Source: Eledone cirrhosa (taxonomy: Eukaryota). From it: 64,000 nt of DNA. This document shows positions 12,145-25,776 of this stretch, one piece after another (position 1 is the first letter of the stretch; the number at the start of each line of letters is the position of its first letter). The stretch spans positions 64,542,001-64,606,000 of the forward strand of contig OZ024741.1 of assembly GCA_964016885.1 (NCBI GenBank), given 5' to 3'. Under the pieces are notes generated by a model. That model was not told the DNA's origin, made no database searches, and was given only the letters and a program-made list of their open reading frames with translations. Made by a program: the position numbers and the translations under genes.

Positions 12145-12900
12145 TGCATTTACGAGCATTTAAAATGACAATAACTTCAAAATCTTTTATCTCCATACGT
12201 GTTTTGGCGAAATTAATAGCCCTAAGAAGGAATGGTAATGAAATGGCAGAATAATAGTTGTTGGTGTTAAATTGGATAAAGCAGCAGTCTTCCTTATTAT
12301 ATATGTCCTTCAACCACAAAATAATTATTCCACAAGGCTAAAAAGGCCATATCTTTTATCTGCAGTACAATTCTATCTAAAAAAATTTAACTAAGCCTTC
12401 CTAAATCAGACTTAGTGGGGTTAATGAGCCAAATAGATGGGTTATTATAAAAATTTGGTTTACAATCCTTCAGAGGAGTAACAGGATGCAGAGGTTTTGT
12501 TCAGTCCTGGATATTTAATTCTGAAGTGATCGTGAGACCTACATTATTAATATCATTTATTACACTCTGGTCAGTTTTCCGAAAATCTTTGGTGACAGCA
12601 TTAGATAGCAATCGACATTAAGTACACCTCTCAACTATAGATTACCAGTTTTATTGGAATGGACATATGTCGCATTAGAATCCTTTATCAGTTGGATTCT
12701 TTAGATCCTAGCAAACGCTAGATCTTACAATGGCAATAAAAACCTTGTGATTTATGTGTTGCTGACGCCTTGGAAATCGTCTACACCAAATGGATATGTT
12801 TTAAACTTGTAAACATAAACTATATAAAACTTTTCTATATTACATTGTATCCAAATGGATAAGACAAATCTACATCTCAACAGTATACAGATGATATATA
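12145..12900 (-). mobile_element. Degenerate Penelope-like element RT fragment, Naiad-like
   Basis: My minus-strand translation (not in the ORF track) gives LLSNAVTKDFRK...LKDCKPNFYNNPSIWLINPTKSDLGRLS...WLKDIYNKEDCCFIQFNTNNYYSAIS...AINFAK...ILNARK. This matches the LKDHKxNF..RLINPxKS and FIQFDIxxFYPSI blocks of these RTs. Confidence 0.7.
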
Positions 12901-13429
12901 CCTTGATACGTTTAAGAACCACCAAGATTTATATTCAGTTTTATATAGTTTTTATACTGTATATTTTTGCATATATATATATGTGGGGGGGGGTGCATAC
13001 AATCACACTTGTAAGTGCATAATGCATACCTACATAGAGACATACATGGCAATAAATAACCTACCATCACTCCTTATTTCTTATTATTTTATTATTATTG
13101 TTGTTATCAGTATTATTAATACCATCAATATCTTTAGATTTAAAAACATTATTTCGATTAATAAATTTCCCATACATGGAAGCATGAAAATATTCAGCTG
13201 ATTTAAAAAGCAAATAATCCTCCTGATTTTTTCATAGCACACATTGGTTCTAGCTACGCTAAATGACATAATTAGATCTCTTTTATTCTTTTTGCCTACA
13301 AATAATTGACCCAATTGGACGTTTTCATGTGTTGCTGTTATGTCTTTCTATTTTTAAGGCAATATTTATTCATAATTTTTTCGAACTATTTATATCTGAG
13401 TATAAAGGTATAAAGAAAGATTGACCTAC

Positions 13430-13527
13430 CTTCACCAGAACTTTCTTCTTGTCCATAGGTTTGACGATTTCCTCGACATATGAACCTTGTTCCTATTACA
13501 GTTGTAACTCTTCACGCAACATACGTA
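13430..13527 (-). pseudogene. PSMC5: PSMC5/Rpt6 (26S proteasome AAA-ATPase) relic exon, 98 nt, with two in-frame stops
   Basis: cag|TA CGT ATG...GTG AAG|gtagg reads (V)[30 protein letters not shown], against human [36 protein letters not shown] TAG lie at 13498-13493. Confidence 0.9.
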
Positions 13528-13757
13528 CTGTAACCAGAACTAGGAGGTCAGCAAGCCAGCATTACTAAACAACAACAGTAACAATTACAACAAAAGCAGC
13601 AAATTGACATAGTCATTACAGCAGGAGTCTCAAACACAAGAACTCAAAAAGGCCATTACGTCCTGGTCATAGAGGGCCAAAAGTGAGATAAGTTGAGGTG
13701 GCGTGATTTCCACGATTATAACACTAATCTGCAATACAGCTGATAGGATGCTATATG

Positions 13758-13805
<48 letters not shown>

Positions 13806-15545
13806 GAATACGCATGATACTAAATGGGCAAATTTTCCTTGATTCCATTTTTAGTTTTGGCAAACTTCCTCTTTTCCATTTTCTTTTTTGATAAATTCCA
13901 TTTTATTGTATTTCATGGGTAAATCGCAATAAACTGTGCTTTAAATATTATTAAAATATTATTAAAACGGATAGATTACCAAGTTTTAGGAAAATATTAG
14001 TCACGAAAATTGTTCTACCACAGGCCGTAGAAAAGTAGTTTGCAGGCCACATGTTTGAGACTTCTACATTAGAGTGTATTGCAGTATATGTTCCAGTTCA
14101 AAACCAACAAGATCAAAGTTTCCTTTCATCCTTTCACGGGCGATAGACTGGCAGGAATTGTTAGAGAATCAGATGTTTTGTGGTGTTTCTTCCGGTTTTT
14201 TTGCATTCTAAGTTCAAATCCTGCTGTGGCCTACTTATGTGGCAGATTTAATCCATCATCTAGTTTTAAAATCATCTGGCCCTTGGGCGCCTTGAGTGGA
14301 ATCCACAGTGTTACAAACATTTAGGAGGGATCTCTGGCTAGATTACATCTTCTCTCCGCTCTTTCCCATTAGTTTTAGAGAGGCTTTGATAAAGTTTCAT
14401 AGCTACTGCACTGCCCCCTCTCACTAAGTAGTAAAAATCAAAGTGTAGCCAAAGCAGTGTGGGTGTCTCTACATTTGATTCACCTGTAAGAAATGGCAGC
14501 TAAATTTCCCTTAAATCACTCCATGCCAGCAAACATGGGAGCTCCCTGAACTTTTTCAATCCCATTTTTATTCTAGCTACTATGAGTTCAAAGCAACCTC
14601 ATTCACTGCTAAACTGATTACCTAACCACCTTATTGAGTAGACTGGGTACATTTCATCTTGACAGATTTGGTAGAACTATCCTTGATATTTAGCTTTTGA
14701 GGATTTTTGTTGTGTGTGGTTTTGTTTGTTTGTTTGTTGGTTTTTTTTGTTGTTGTTCTTTTTTTTGTTTTTTTTTTGTATTTTTTGTTCAAACCAGGAA
14801 AAGCTATATACTTTACAGATGGACAGAAAATACAATGTGAGCACAGAAAAATAAATAAGTACTAGGATTGTCTTGAGTTTTTGCTGCAATAAGAAACTTA
14901 TATTTCTACAAAACACTATACACATTATTTAAGGTTTAAAGCAAAGGTTCTCAACCCATTTCGGCCAAACGCCCCCTTTTTCCCCTCGAAATCACGAACC
15001 GCCCCCCTACCCTATTTTTCCATTTTTCAATATACTATTGATTTTGATATCAGTAGATTACTAAAAGATTTATTAACGATATTCCAAAGATACCATTGCA
15101 GGCAGTTGAAAGTATAAATACATTCCTTGAAAAGAAGTATATAAATTTCTAAAAAAGGAATATAAATGTTCTTTTTTATGAATAAGGACCAGTTGAATTT
15201 GTTATATTCCCACCAGACGATACCAGCTATTTTGAACATTTATACAAGAGCAACTCTGTCTATCCAAAGAGTGCTCTTATCTGGAAGAAAGTGGCAATTG
15301 TATTATTTCAAAGCTTTCCAATTTAATGAAACGGACAGAATAAATATTGATATCTAACTTGATGTCCACTCCGCTTTGTGAGCTTAGAGACCACGCAAGA
15401 GGGTTTTCATGACCACGTAAGAGGGTATATTCATTAGTAAACGGTAAAATATATACAACAAATGATTAAGTGAATTGTGGTAGATGGTTTCCAGTCCAGT
15501 CAGACTGCAACTACAAATAAAAAATTGACTTACTTTGACCTCGTT

Positions 15546-17227
15546 TCAATGGGACCCTTGAGCTTCATGGAGTTTAGCTAACTCTTTGACGTCAGGCTGG
15601 ATTTTCGTAAGATGTAGCCGAAGATCTCCACGTGTAATCACATTGTAGCGGTTGCGAGCCTTACTGTGCAGTCTGGAAACAGCGCCAAACCCCCCCTCGA
15701 CTAAGTATGAGCTAGGAAAAGGCAAAGTAAATCTCTTAGCCTCTGCATGTAGGAGTAGAAATCGACGCTCAATTTCCTCTTGCATCCAAAAAAGGGGTTC
15801 ACCTATTTTGGAAAATTTAATTTTGATAATGTCATCTGTCTGAAGTTCAATTAATTCTTCCTGAAATTTAACGTCCAAATCGTCGACGTTAGCTATGAAG
15901 GGATCTGCTATCCACATTGGGATGTCCATCTGCAAAAGGTCGACAAACCGTCCTCTCATGTTAACTTGTAGTGCACGGAGGTGCGCGGTATAAATTTGGA
16001 GTTGGTCATCGCTCACAATGTTTTGAACATTGGCGACACTAGGAACATTATAGAATTCCCGTCGATAAAGATTCCTTTCGATGACTTTCAATTTGGCCAG
16101 GAATATTTTCACAGCATTCCTTGCTTTAAACAAGGTGATCTTTTCCCCCTGCAAAGCCATAATGAGGCTATTGCATTTGTCGAAGATGTCGGCGAGGTAG
16201 TCTTGCCTCACATCGAGGGTTTTTTTATACAGTTCTGTATTGCGTCCTCGAAGAAACTCAATGATAGAGTCGAACAGTTCAAAGAAGCGAGTAATGCACT
16301 TGCCCTTTGAAAGCCACCTCACTTCAGTATGAAGGAGCAACTCGACGAATTCTTCGTCATTATCTTCGCACAGTTGCCGGAAAATTCGTTCATTGAGGAC
16401 ATGGCGTTTGATATAATTGATGACATCAATGGCTACCTGCAAAGACTTTCTCAGCGGCTCGCTGAGTTTCTTCGCAGCCAAGTGTCGTCGATGAATGACA
16501 CAATGAACAGCAAATACAGATGGATTTTCCCTCTTCAGAAGAGAGACGAACCCTTATGTTGGCCGACCATTGCTCTTGCGCCGTCCGTAGCACATGATAC
16601 AATATTGTTAAGAGGTATCTCTTTTTCTTCGAGGTATCCCTTGACAGATTCAAAGATGGTGGCACCTTTAGTATCTGTGGCTAGGTTCAGAGTGAAGAGA
16701 AGCTCCTCGTGCATTTCGTTTTGGTGGAAAGATCGCACGTATACCAGTAGTAAGGACTGATTCCCGGTAAGTGTGCATTCATTAAGTTGCAAAACAAATT
16801 GTATCGATTTCAAGATGTTGCATAATTTTTGTTCAACATTTTCCGCCATTTCGTCGCTGCGTCTCCTTATTGAGTCGTTACTCAACGGAATACATTTCAA
16901 GGTCTTTAACGGGTTCTGACGTAGTACTGTTGAAAGAACTTCTGAGATGACAGGGGCTACCAACGTTTCACCCCAGGAATGGGGCTTGCCACACTTTGCG
17001 ATTATGTTGGCAATATTGTAAGATGCGACAAGTCCATCAACATTTGAAGCTTCAACTTTTGAAAAGGCAGAAGAAATTAGTGTTGTTTTCTGGAATTGGT
17101 CCCTAAGAGACTGAAAGTATGCTAAATCTTTATATCTCTTATCGGGGTGCCTCGCCTCCAGGTGTCTACTCAAACGCGATGGCTTCATCGCCTCATTCGA
17201 AAAGGACGCCTTGCAAATTAAACACAT
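15546..17227 (-). pseudogene. Charlie/ZBED5-SCAND3-like hAT transposase, frameshifted
   Basis: BED finger CLIC...MKPSRLSRHLEARH, IPLSNDSIRRR, CATDGARAM, LLLHTEVRWLSKG and FPSSYLVEGGF are present. There is a frameshift near 16530, and a probable N-terminal remnant (..ENDKKKQ) at ~28046-28081. Confidence 0.9.
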
Positions 17228-17230
17228 GGG

Positions 17231-17766
17231 TGTTAACCAAGTTGAGACAAGTTATATATGAATGTTAACCAGTCTTTCATGTAGGAATAGTAATAACTTA
17301 GCTTGAGGTAATTAAGGTGGCAGACTCAATAAAGGATCAATGAGGCAACGAGTTCAAGAGAACTTAATGCAAGAATGATTGAAATGGAATTCATCAATTA
17401 AGCACGTAGTGATAAGACGCGATAATACTAAGTTAAGACATTACTTATTAGTCAGAGCTACTCAAATTATCGCTCTTACCTTAATGCATCACTGTGATAT
17501 TCTTGTAATGGTGCTGCAATTATAATGGATGACTGTTGAAGACTACAAAAGCACTTCCTTAAGCCCAAGGCTTGGTCGTAGTATAAACAGTCAGTTTATA
17601 TAGGAATAGCAACAACCTAGTTATAGAATAAATGATGTGGAAATGCAACGAAGAGAAGATGGGGTCAAGCAAACCGAGTGTTAGTAAGAATGAGCTGAAG
17701 TATCGAGGTCAAGCCGATCACGGTGATGAACGGGTCAGTGAATTCATGAATAATGTTGCTCTTTTC
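17231..17766. mobile_element. LTR-like or unclassified insertion interrupting the transposase 5' end
   Basis: It begins TGTTAAC exactly where transposase homology stops and has an internal diverged duplication (TAGGAATAG.AA.AAC.TAG at ~17282 and ~17601). I found no second terminus. Confidence 0.35.
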
Positions 17767-19545
17767 CAGGGGCCTCGTTTGCCTTAAAAATGTGAGGGGG
17801 ACAAACCAACATTTGTTGGAGCATTTTAGTATTACTTATGGTGTCTTTCCTGAACCCTCTCACATAAGTAAAAATTTCTTTACGCTAATTAAATTTTATA
17901 TATTCAAATGAAGTTCAGATATAAAAAAAAATAAGCTTAAAAAGTATTTATTATATCAAATAAACAAAAAATAAAACATAGACGTTTGAATAAAAATCAT
18001 ATAAAGTAAATTTATTGTCTTTTAGAACTTTCCAAATGTATCATATCTCGCATCATTGCTGTCAATAAATAATTTAGCAACTTCTTCACAACTAATCTTT
18101 TTCAAAACATCTCTATGAACGTCTCATATTAGAATATCATTCAACCTTTGCTGAGTCATGGTCGATCACAACCAAGTTTTGAGTCTCTGCAGAGCGCTAA
18201 AAGATCTTTCAGCTTCACAAGAACTGGTTGGAAACATTAAAAGTAGCCTGAGCAATCCCCCAACATTTAGAAACATGCGACGGACTTCTGGTTGCATTTC
18301 ACCGAATATTTTACGATGATCCTCGAGAGATGATCCACTATGATGATTTCTATAAAAAAGTATTTCGTTCCTTAAAGAAAATTCATGAAGCTCTGGATAC
18401 TGCATGATCAGTTCAGCACAAAAATTTCCATTGAGTAAAATATTGCTCAGTTTTTCATAATCTGCTAAATCCTGTGAAAAAAAATAATCTTTCAAATTTG
18501 ATATTGCAGTATCCGCTACCTGCAAATACTGCACTCTGTAATGATCCAAAGCAGTGCAGTGTTGATATTTTAACGCATTTCCTTCCTGGTATCTTTTAGG
18601 AACTTTTCGTTGCCTGGGTAGCTCCAAAGGAGAAATATCGAGTTGATAAATCATTTTTTCTGCTGTATTGAATAGCTCCTGAAATGTTTCTTCACTGCAC
18701 CAGTTTGACACTATGCAACATGCTACCTAGATTGAAGGTGGTACTTTGAAAAGATTTGTTCAATCCTTCAAGGAATTGAAGTAATGGAACTACAACGTGC
18801 AATCCAAGAACACATTGGCCCGGAGAGTGACACGTAGGAATAACATTAGCTCTGGATGCAATGTTGGTGCCAAACTCATCTGTTGCCTCTTGTAAAGAAA
18901 TAGGGACATCTGAATAATTGTCAAGAAGGGCTTTGACTGCAGAAAGTCGTGTTAGCCATCGAGTAGGGCAAACAGGTGTTAAGGAGCGTGGTGACGATAC
19001 TTCATTTTCTTCATCATGTTGTGATAAATACGCTTGCTTAAATTTCCCTGATGTACTATATAGTTTCCGCAATTCATTCACGTAACCTAGAACATTTTTG
19101 ATAAGTGAAGCTTGTTGTACAGACTTAGTTATAATAAGTTGAGAAATATGAATGCCGCAGTGCAATAATGGGCCAAATCAAGTTATGTTAGAATCTTTAA
19201 AAAGATCTTTAAAAAATACCCGTACGAATTAAATACAAAAGAAGTTTCAGTCCAAAATAAAAGCAAACTATTTCAAATTATATATTTTTGAAAAATAGAC
19301 GTGAATGTTCTCAAAGACTTGATTTCAGTCGAAAAAGCTTTTTTTTTAAATTCTATATTTCACTGTTAGCTGTTGTAATATTTTGATTGGATAAACAATT
19401 CTACAAAAGATGTAAAAGTAGAAGAATGTCTTACCTTTCTCTGAAATCACAACTCAGGGGAAAAAATAGTACCTTGCAAAATAAAATACCTCGTAGCAAA
19501 ATAAAATACTTAGCAACGAATGAATTGAGAAGCTTGGAGACAGTG
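17767..19545 (-). mobile_element. Second hAT element (ZMYM1-like transposase, internally deleted)
   Basis: The terminus is CAGGGGCCTCG at 17767. ORFs 18692-19165 and 18166-18711 carry HC..H, CPTRWLTR and the dimerisation motif PTSSCEAERSFSALQRLKTWL. The other TIR was not found. Confidence 0.8.
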
Positions 19546-19559
19546 TGAAAGTATATATA

Positions 19560-19750
<191 letters not shown>

Positions 19751-19881
19751 TTGTGTGTATGTGTGTGCCTTGGTTTGGGTACAGAAAGAATTTTGTCTAC
19801 AGTTTTTTATTACCAGGTCAAAGGCCACTGCTCTTTTCAACAACGCCAAATAACAACGCTCCACACACACACACACATATA

Positions 19882-19923
<42 letters not shown>

Positions 19924-20227
19924 GAGAGAAAGAGGGGGGGACAGAGAGAGTAAGAAATGTGTGTGTGTTTGGTACACATCTATCTATCTATCTATCTATC
20001 TTTCTCTACCAGACGTGTGTAACTTCGCGGAGAAATTTCCGTAAATTAATGTAAGAAAAACCGTGAGTTTTCAGTTAAATTTTATATTATTGTGCAACTT
20101 GACCCCCCGTCTGGACCTTCGGGCGGTGGGTCAACTCATTTTCGCCCCTACAGGGGCGAAATATTCGTTTGAAAGTTTTTTCTCAATCGAATTTTGAAAA
20201 AAGTATCGTAAGAAGTTTGATTACGCT

Positions 20228-22151
20228 ATGAACGCTGCGTTTGGCGATAATGGTAGTGGAGAGTCGGTAAGACTACATAGCTCGCAGTCAACATCGTCTT
20301 CTTCCCTTTCCTTCTCCATAGATACTATGGAGATGGAAAGACGAAATCAAATTGTAAAAACAAATTCATATCCAAACGACACAAATGACACCAAACAGTA
20401 CAATGACAACAAAAAAACAACAACAACACCTATAATGATGATAAAAACAACAATGACAACAACAACAAAGAAAAAAATAAAGACAACACCAATAATACCA
20501 GCATCAAAGACAACAACAACACCAACACCATGGAAAATACGAACAATATCAACATCAGTGACACCAAGAACAACAAAAACAATAACAACAATAATGACAA
20601 CACCACCAACACGGATAATTCCACAAAGAAACCGAAAATCTCCTTTGCACAGACAGTTCAGAAAAAGGAGGAACTAACATATCTCGACATATCAAATGCC
20701 GAACAACTTCTAAAGGACGCTAGGAGACATGTTAATTTCGAAAAGAATGGTGCTTTCAGCATCAATTCTCCGGTAGAAATTCGCAAGGAAACTGCTCTCA
20801 AAACGATAGTTTTTAGGACAGTTTCCAATTCTACCCAAAAACCAGTCCAATTGTCACAGAAAGAAATTGAACTGGTTTTCAAAAATTCAATAAATGATAT
20901 TTCATTCATTCAAAGAAGCAAACTCTTTGGGAGTATTTCGGTATTCATGAAGGATCAATTGACGGCCCAAAATTACTCTGTGTCGCCAATTGTATCCAAC
21001 CTGTATACCTTTTTCCCTACATACATGGGAAAAAGGACACAAAAGATTAGAATCACAAGTTTCACACCAAAGGTAAACATATGGTTGATACTGTGCGGCT
21101 TCATCAATTTTGATGAAGACAGAATACTGTCAGTAGGAAAGTCCTCCAGAGATGTTTTTAATGGGACTAGCGTCGAAGTTCTGGTGCAAATGAGCCCAGA
21201 GCAAATAGCTATGATCCCACGTGTACTCCTGTACGGAATCACCTACATAAAATTTTCGGTTGAGGGTAGGCGGCCTTCATGTAACCACTGCTTTAGCAGG
21301 TGCCACCTGAGGGCTTCCTGTCCTAAATTAATGAGTCAAAAAAAGACTCTTCTGCCGACACCCATTAAAATAACACAACCACCAACACCACCACAACAAC
21401 AACAACACCAACACACAAAAATAACCACAACAAACACAGTCCCACCCAACCTCACTCCACCTAAAACCACTGCAAAATCACATACAGACACAACAGCTCC
21501 CCAAGACATACTCCTCCCCAATCACACAGACGATACAACAGATGAGGCTAACTCGGCATCACCCAGCATCACCCATCGCTCGAAAAGAAAAAAAAGACAC
21601 CACAAATACAAAAAACCAGCAAACACTACCACAAACATACAACCACCAACACAAACAACAAAAACATCACAAACAAAACCCCCCACCTCCTGAAAACAAA
21701 ATACCTACAACAAAACGAAAGCACACACAAGAACTACAAACAAAAACAAACACAACACAAGAAAATTACACTTACACATACATAAACACTGAAAACAAAA
21801 CACTAATGGAGACCAACTTTCGCCCACTCTATTAAAAATAACAAAAAACTGAACCTAAAACTGATTAGGGTCCCTATACAAACTTATAGGTCCCTAAAAG
21901 AAACATTTGAAAAGGATGTGGGGAATTCCTGCGTGAAACCACTTAACCGCGTCCTTCTCAAATGTCTCCCCACCCCAGACACCCCCACCCCAGACACCCC
22001 CACCCCAGACACCCCCATCCCACCAGACATCCCCTCCCCACCAAACATCTCCGTCCCCACCCCACCGGAAACCACCACCCACCCAGACAACCCCTCCAAC
22101 ACCCCCATGGAAATCGTGCAGCCTGGTCCCCAGGAGACGAAGGGTGAGTGA
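20228..22151 (+). pseudogene. L1/Tx1 ORF1 (gag-like), broken by frameshifts and stops
   Basis: The ATG is at 20228 and the frame shifts into ORF 20530-21693 (KISFAQTV; VEGRRPSCNHCFSRCHLRASCP zinc knuckle), followed by a Pro/Thr-rich tail. Confidence 0.8.
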
Positions 22152-22187
22152 TTTCTTTTCCTCTTCTTTTAACTTTTCAGCACCGAC

Positions 22188-25100
22188 ATGGCCAATATAA
22201 GAGTTGGATGTGTGAACGTACGCGGCCTGGGGCTGTCCTGGAAACAGGGCAAACTCTTAAACGACCTCAGGTTGCACAGTATGGATGTAGTAGCCATTTG
22301 CGAGTCCAGGATCCACAGCAAGCGACATCTGGCCCCCATCTTCGACGACTTTGAGATCTACGCATCTCTTTGTCAGCCGGGAAGTGGGGGCGGGGTTGCC
22401 GTTTTGCTGCGGAAACACCTGGACCTCGTAACACAGACGGTACATCTGGACCCGGAGGGTCGACTGGTGGTCCTAGACGTTGACGATAGTGAAGGTGGAA
22501 CCTTCAGTCTGGTGGCCGCATATGCCCCATCCGGGACACCGCGGCCAGACTTCTACAAACGTCTAGAGACTTTTCTGGGAACGTCCCGCTCCTTGCTTTT
22601 AGTGTGGGACTGGAATGGAATCCTAAATCCAAGACTATGTGGGAGCATGTCCCGATAAAGGGGGGTGTAACAGCCTCAAACAGTTAATCGGCCGATTTGA
22701 CCTGGCCGATAGATATCGACTAGATTTTCCGACTGTGCCACTGTGGACGTGGACTAATCTCAGCGGAACATCTAGATCGTATCTAGTTATAAATAAGGAT
22801 AGGGACATGTTAGGCTGTCCATAAATGTTCATGGCTGGCTATTCAGATCACAAACTAGTGACAAGCGTGGTCAACCTTAATAGAACCCATAGACAAGTAC
22901 CCGGCTACTGGAAGCTGAACTTGTCGTTACCGACATGCAAACCCTACAGTAGACGGATTATCACTTTAGTTAAACAGCACTTGACAGGAGCCATTGTCAA
23001 CAACAGATGGTGGTACTCTCTCAAGAGGGCAGTTAGATTAGACTCGTTAGTTTTTAGTAAAGAATTAGCGTTAGATAGAAATAGGACCGAGAAGAAACTG
23101 GTAGATAAAGTAGAAGAGGCAATTAGAAGTAGCAACGTAGCCAGCGTGCTAGCAGCGAGAACGGCCTTGGACCAGTTCTTCGACGCAAAGCACGAGGGCT
23201 GCGTTGTCAGAAGCAAAATACGTGCTCTGGGTAACGAGGGAGCCAAAGTTGTTAGCTGGGCCTGGGTGACGGAGACGAAAAGTGGCAACAAGTCCACGAT
23301 TCGGTCTTTGAAGGACCAAGACGGACGCGTGATACGTGAGCCGAAGCAGATGTGCGCGACCTTTCAGCGGCATTTTGCTCAGCTGTTCGGACAGGGCGGC
23401 GCGCCGGGAGGGGCTATGGATTTCGTTCCATATCTCGACGGCCTACCGCGACACTCGGACAGCGAGGCGAAGTTCTGCGAAAAGCCGATTTCAGCCGCTG
23501 AGATAGGGGACGCGCTGAGCCAATGGGGCAAACGCAAATCTCCAGGTCTCGACGGTCTACCCTACGGATTTTACGTAGCAATGCCGGACTTGTTCTCCGG
23601 ACTCCTGGAAGCAGTCTACTGCAACTGGCAGCAGAACGGGAGAATTCCCAGTTCTGTGACCAGGGGCGTAGTCACACTAGTCAGGAAGGAAGAGAATAAG
23701 GGGGATGACATAGGCAACTTCCGGCCCATAACTCTGCTAAACACAGAGTTACAGATTTTGGCCAAGGTCTTGGCAAAGAGGCTGGCGCTTGTCGTCGAAA
23801 ACCTGGTGGGAGAATCGCAGACATGCGCAATTCCGACCAGATCCATACACGACAACCTCCACCTCATGCGATACATCATAGAGAGGGTTGGGTGTAAACT
23901 CGGCTTCGGTGGGGCCCTGATCAACTTGCATCAGTCTAAAGCTTTCGATAGGGTTGAACATCGTTACCTGGATGCGGTGCTCGAGGCGGCAGGCTTCGTA
24001 CCCGCACAACATCTGCTCAAGGGTCAAGGTGAACGGCTACCTCTCGGAGCCGTTCCATATCACGCGATCCATCCGACAGGGATGCCCTCTCTCCTCCCTT
24101 CTGTACGTACTGACTCTGGAGCCACTACTGCAGAAGTTGGAGCTATTGCAGGGCATCCCTCTGGAACCGGGACTGCAGAAAGCGGCGTCGGCCTACGCCG
24201 ACGACTTGACAGTAATGGTGTCGAGCACCTTGCAAATCGAGGAAGTCGGCACTCTACTGAAGGAATACGAAAGGTTCACAGGATCGTGGAGAGGCATCCG
24301 ATGGCGTCGTCGGACGCTGGACGGAAGGACCGGTAAAGCTGCTCGGGGTCTGGTTTGGTCCGGACCTCCAGGTGGAGAAAAACTGGAACGAGGTGACGGC
24401 CAAGGTGTTTGCACTCACCCAGAAATGGGCCGAGTGAAAACTATCCTTGAAAGGTTGAGCAGAGGTGGCGAACACTTTTATAGCGTCCGTCATCTACTAC
24501 CGCTTGACCGTCGTGCCTTGTCCAGCCAAAACGCTCACCAAAATGGAGCGCGCGCTCTTCCAATTCCTTTGGAAGAAGTGGGCTCCTTTGGTGAGAAGAT
24601 CCATCTGCTGCCAACACCCTTCCAACGGAGGGCTGGGGTTGCCGTGGCTGACGATGCGCAAACACGCACTCGGGCTGCGGCATCTCTACGTATTCCTCAC
24701 CGGACAACCGGTGTGGGCTCGGTTCGTGAGGCGAGCCTTCCCACGACTCGTCTCGCTGACCGATCTGCAATCCTGGGTCAAGCAAAGACCGAGGAAAATG
24801 GGCGACTGGCACATCGAATATGCTCAGTCGCTCACAGCCCTCTGGCAGGCGAACCCGGCGATCAGTGGAGACTCCACTTCGTCATTCTATAGAGGGTTGA
24901 TCCGCAGCAAGTGCGACGACGCGCTCGGAGAAACTCTAGGCGTAGAGGAAGACAAACTGGCCAGTCTGTTCGGTAGGACCTTCCGCCCGGGACTGATGGA
25001 CAACTTCCAAAAATCTCTTGCCTGGCAGTGCTACCGAGGACCTCTACCAGTTCGAGACAAGCTCTACAGACATGGGTGCCCGGGCAGGGACTCTTCGAAA

Positions 25101-25520
25101 AAGATCTGTCCGAGATGTGTGCGAGATGAATAAACCGTCGCACACGCATTCATACACTGCCCGGGCGTTCCGACCTGTGGGCTATGTAGAACGACTATTG
25201 TCGGGGTGAGACCAATCCGGTTGACCACCGAGTTAATTGTCATGATCAAACCGCCAGCCTTCTTCAAAAACGAAGGAGAGGCAGTTTTCCTTTGTGTGAT
25301 AGCTATGGCGAAAGAGGTTGTATGGTGGACGAGGTTAAAAGGGCTGAGGTCAGACAACTTTCTCTCCGGCCAACAACTGATTCTTTTTTTCAAATACCAC
25401 TTTGGAAGAAGAATCAGGATGGAGAGAGAGGTGCTATACCCCAGCAAGTTTTATGAAAGGTGGGTGAAAGTGGCGAGAATGGCCCGAATGAATGGGCCTT
25501 CTCTCTATATCAGCCTGTAG
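22188..25520 (+). pseudogene. L1/Tx1 ORF2 (APE endonuclease, RT, zinc finger), multiple frameshifts
   Basis: Motifs seen: NVRGL, DPEGRLVVLD, YSDHKLV, GYWKLN, KSPGLDGLP, NFRPITLLN, IRQGCPLS, AYADD and CPRC...H...C. Confidence 0.92.
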
Positions 25521-25776
25521 GTTGAGGAAAAGGAGGAAGAGAGGAAAGGGGTACAAACTCTTCGTACTCCTGGAGATGAGGGTTGCACATTTTTTCGGGG
25601 GTATGTGTTACCCATATAAACTGACTCCCCCTATTGGGGAAAATCGACTAATTTTTTAAATTACATTTGTGATAACATTTTACACGTTTTTATTGTATGT
25701 AAACTTCCCCCTTTGTATTTGACCCCTTCTTTTGTGCCCCTGTGGCTAATAAAGAAACATATCTATCTATCTCCAA

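Larger units (their letters stand above)
20001..25760 (+). mobile_element. Full-length but disabled L1/Tx1-clade non-LTR retrotransposon
   Basis: It has a 5' UTR, ORF1 with a CCHC knuckle, and ORF2 with APE-RT-CCHC. AATAAA is at 25748-25753 and (ATCT)n flanks both ends. Confidence 0.9.

Noticed and set aside
13493-13498. Rescue of the PSMC5 TAA TAG codons by A-to-I editing or a variant genetic code
   Set aside because: Editing would give Trp-Trp rather than Leu-Gln. Other damaging substitutions are present, further exons were not found, and SMARCD uses TAA as a normal stop.
20228-20677. Thr-rich mucin-like ORF
   Set aside because: It is the frameshifted, (AAC)-rich N-terminus of the L1/Tx1 ORF1.
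22944-25447. Antisense ORFs over the L1/Tx1 ORF2 (similar ones over the Gypsy and CR1 ORFs)
   Set aside because: They are shadow ORFs of GC-richer coding sequence with no recognisable motifs.
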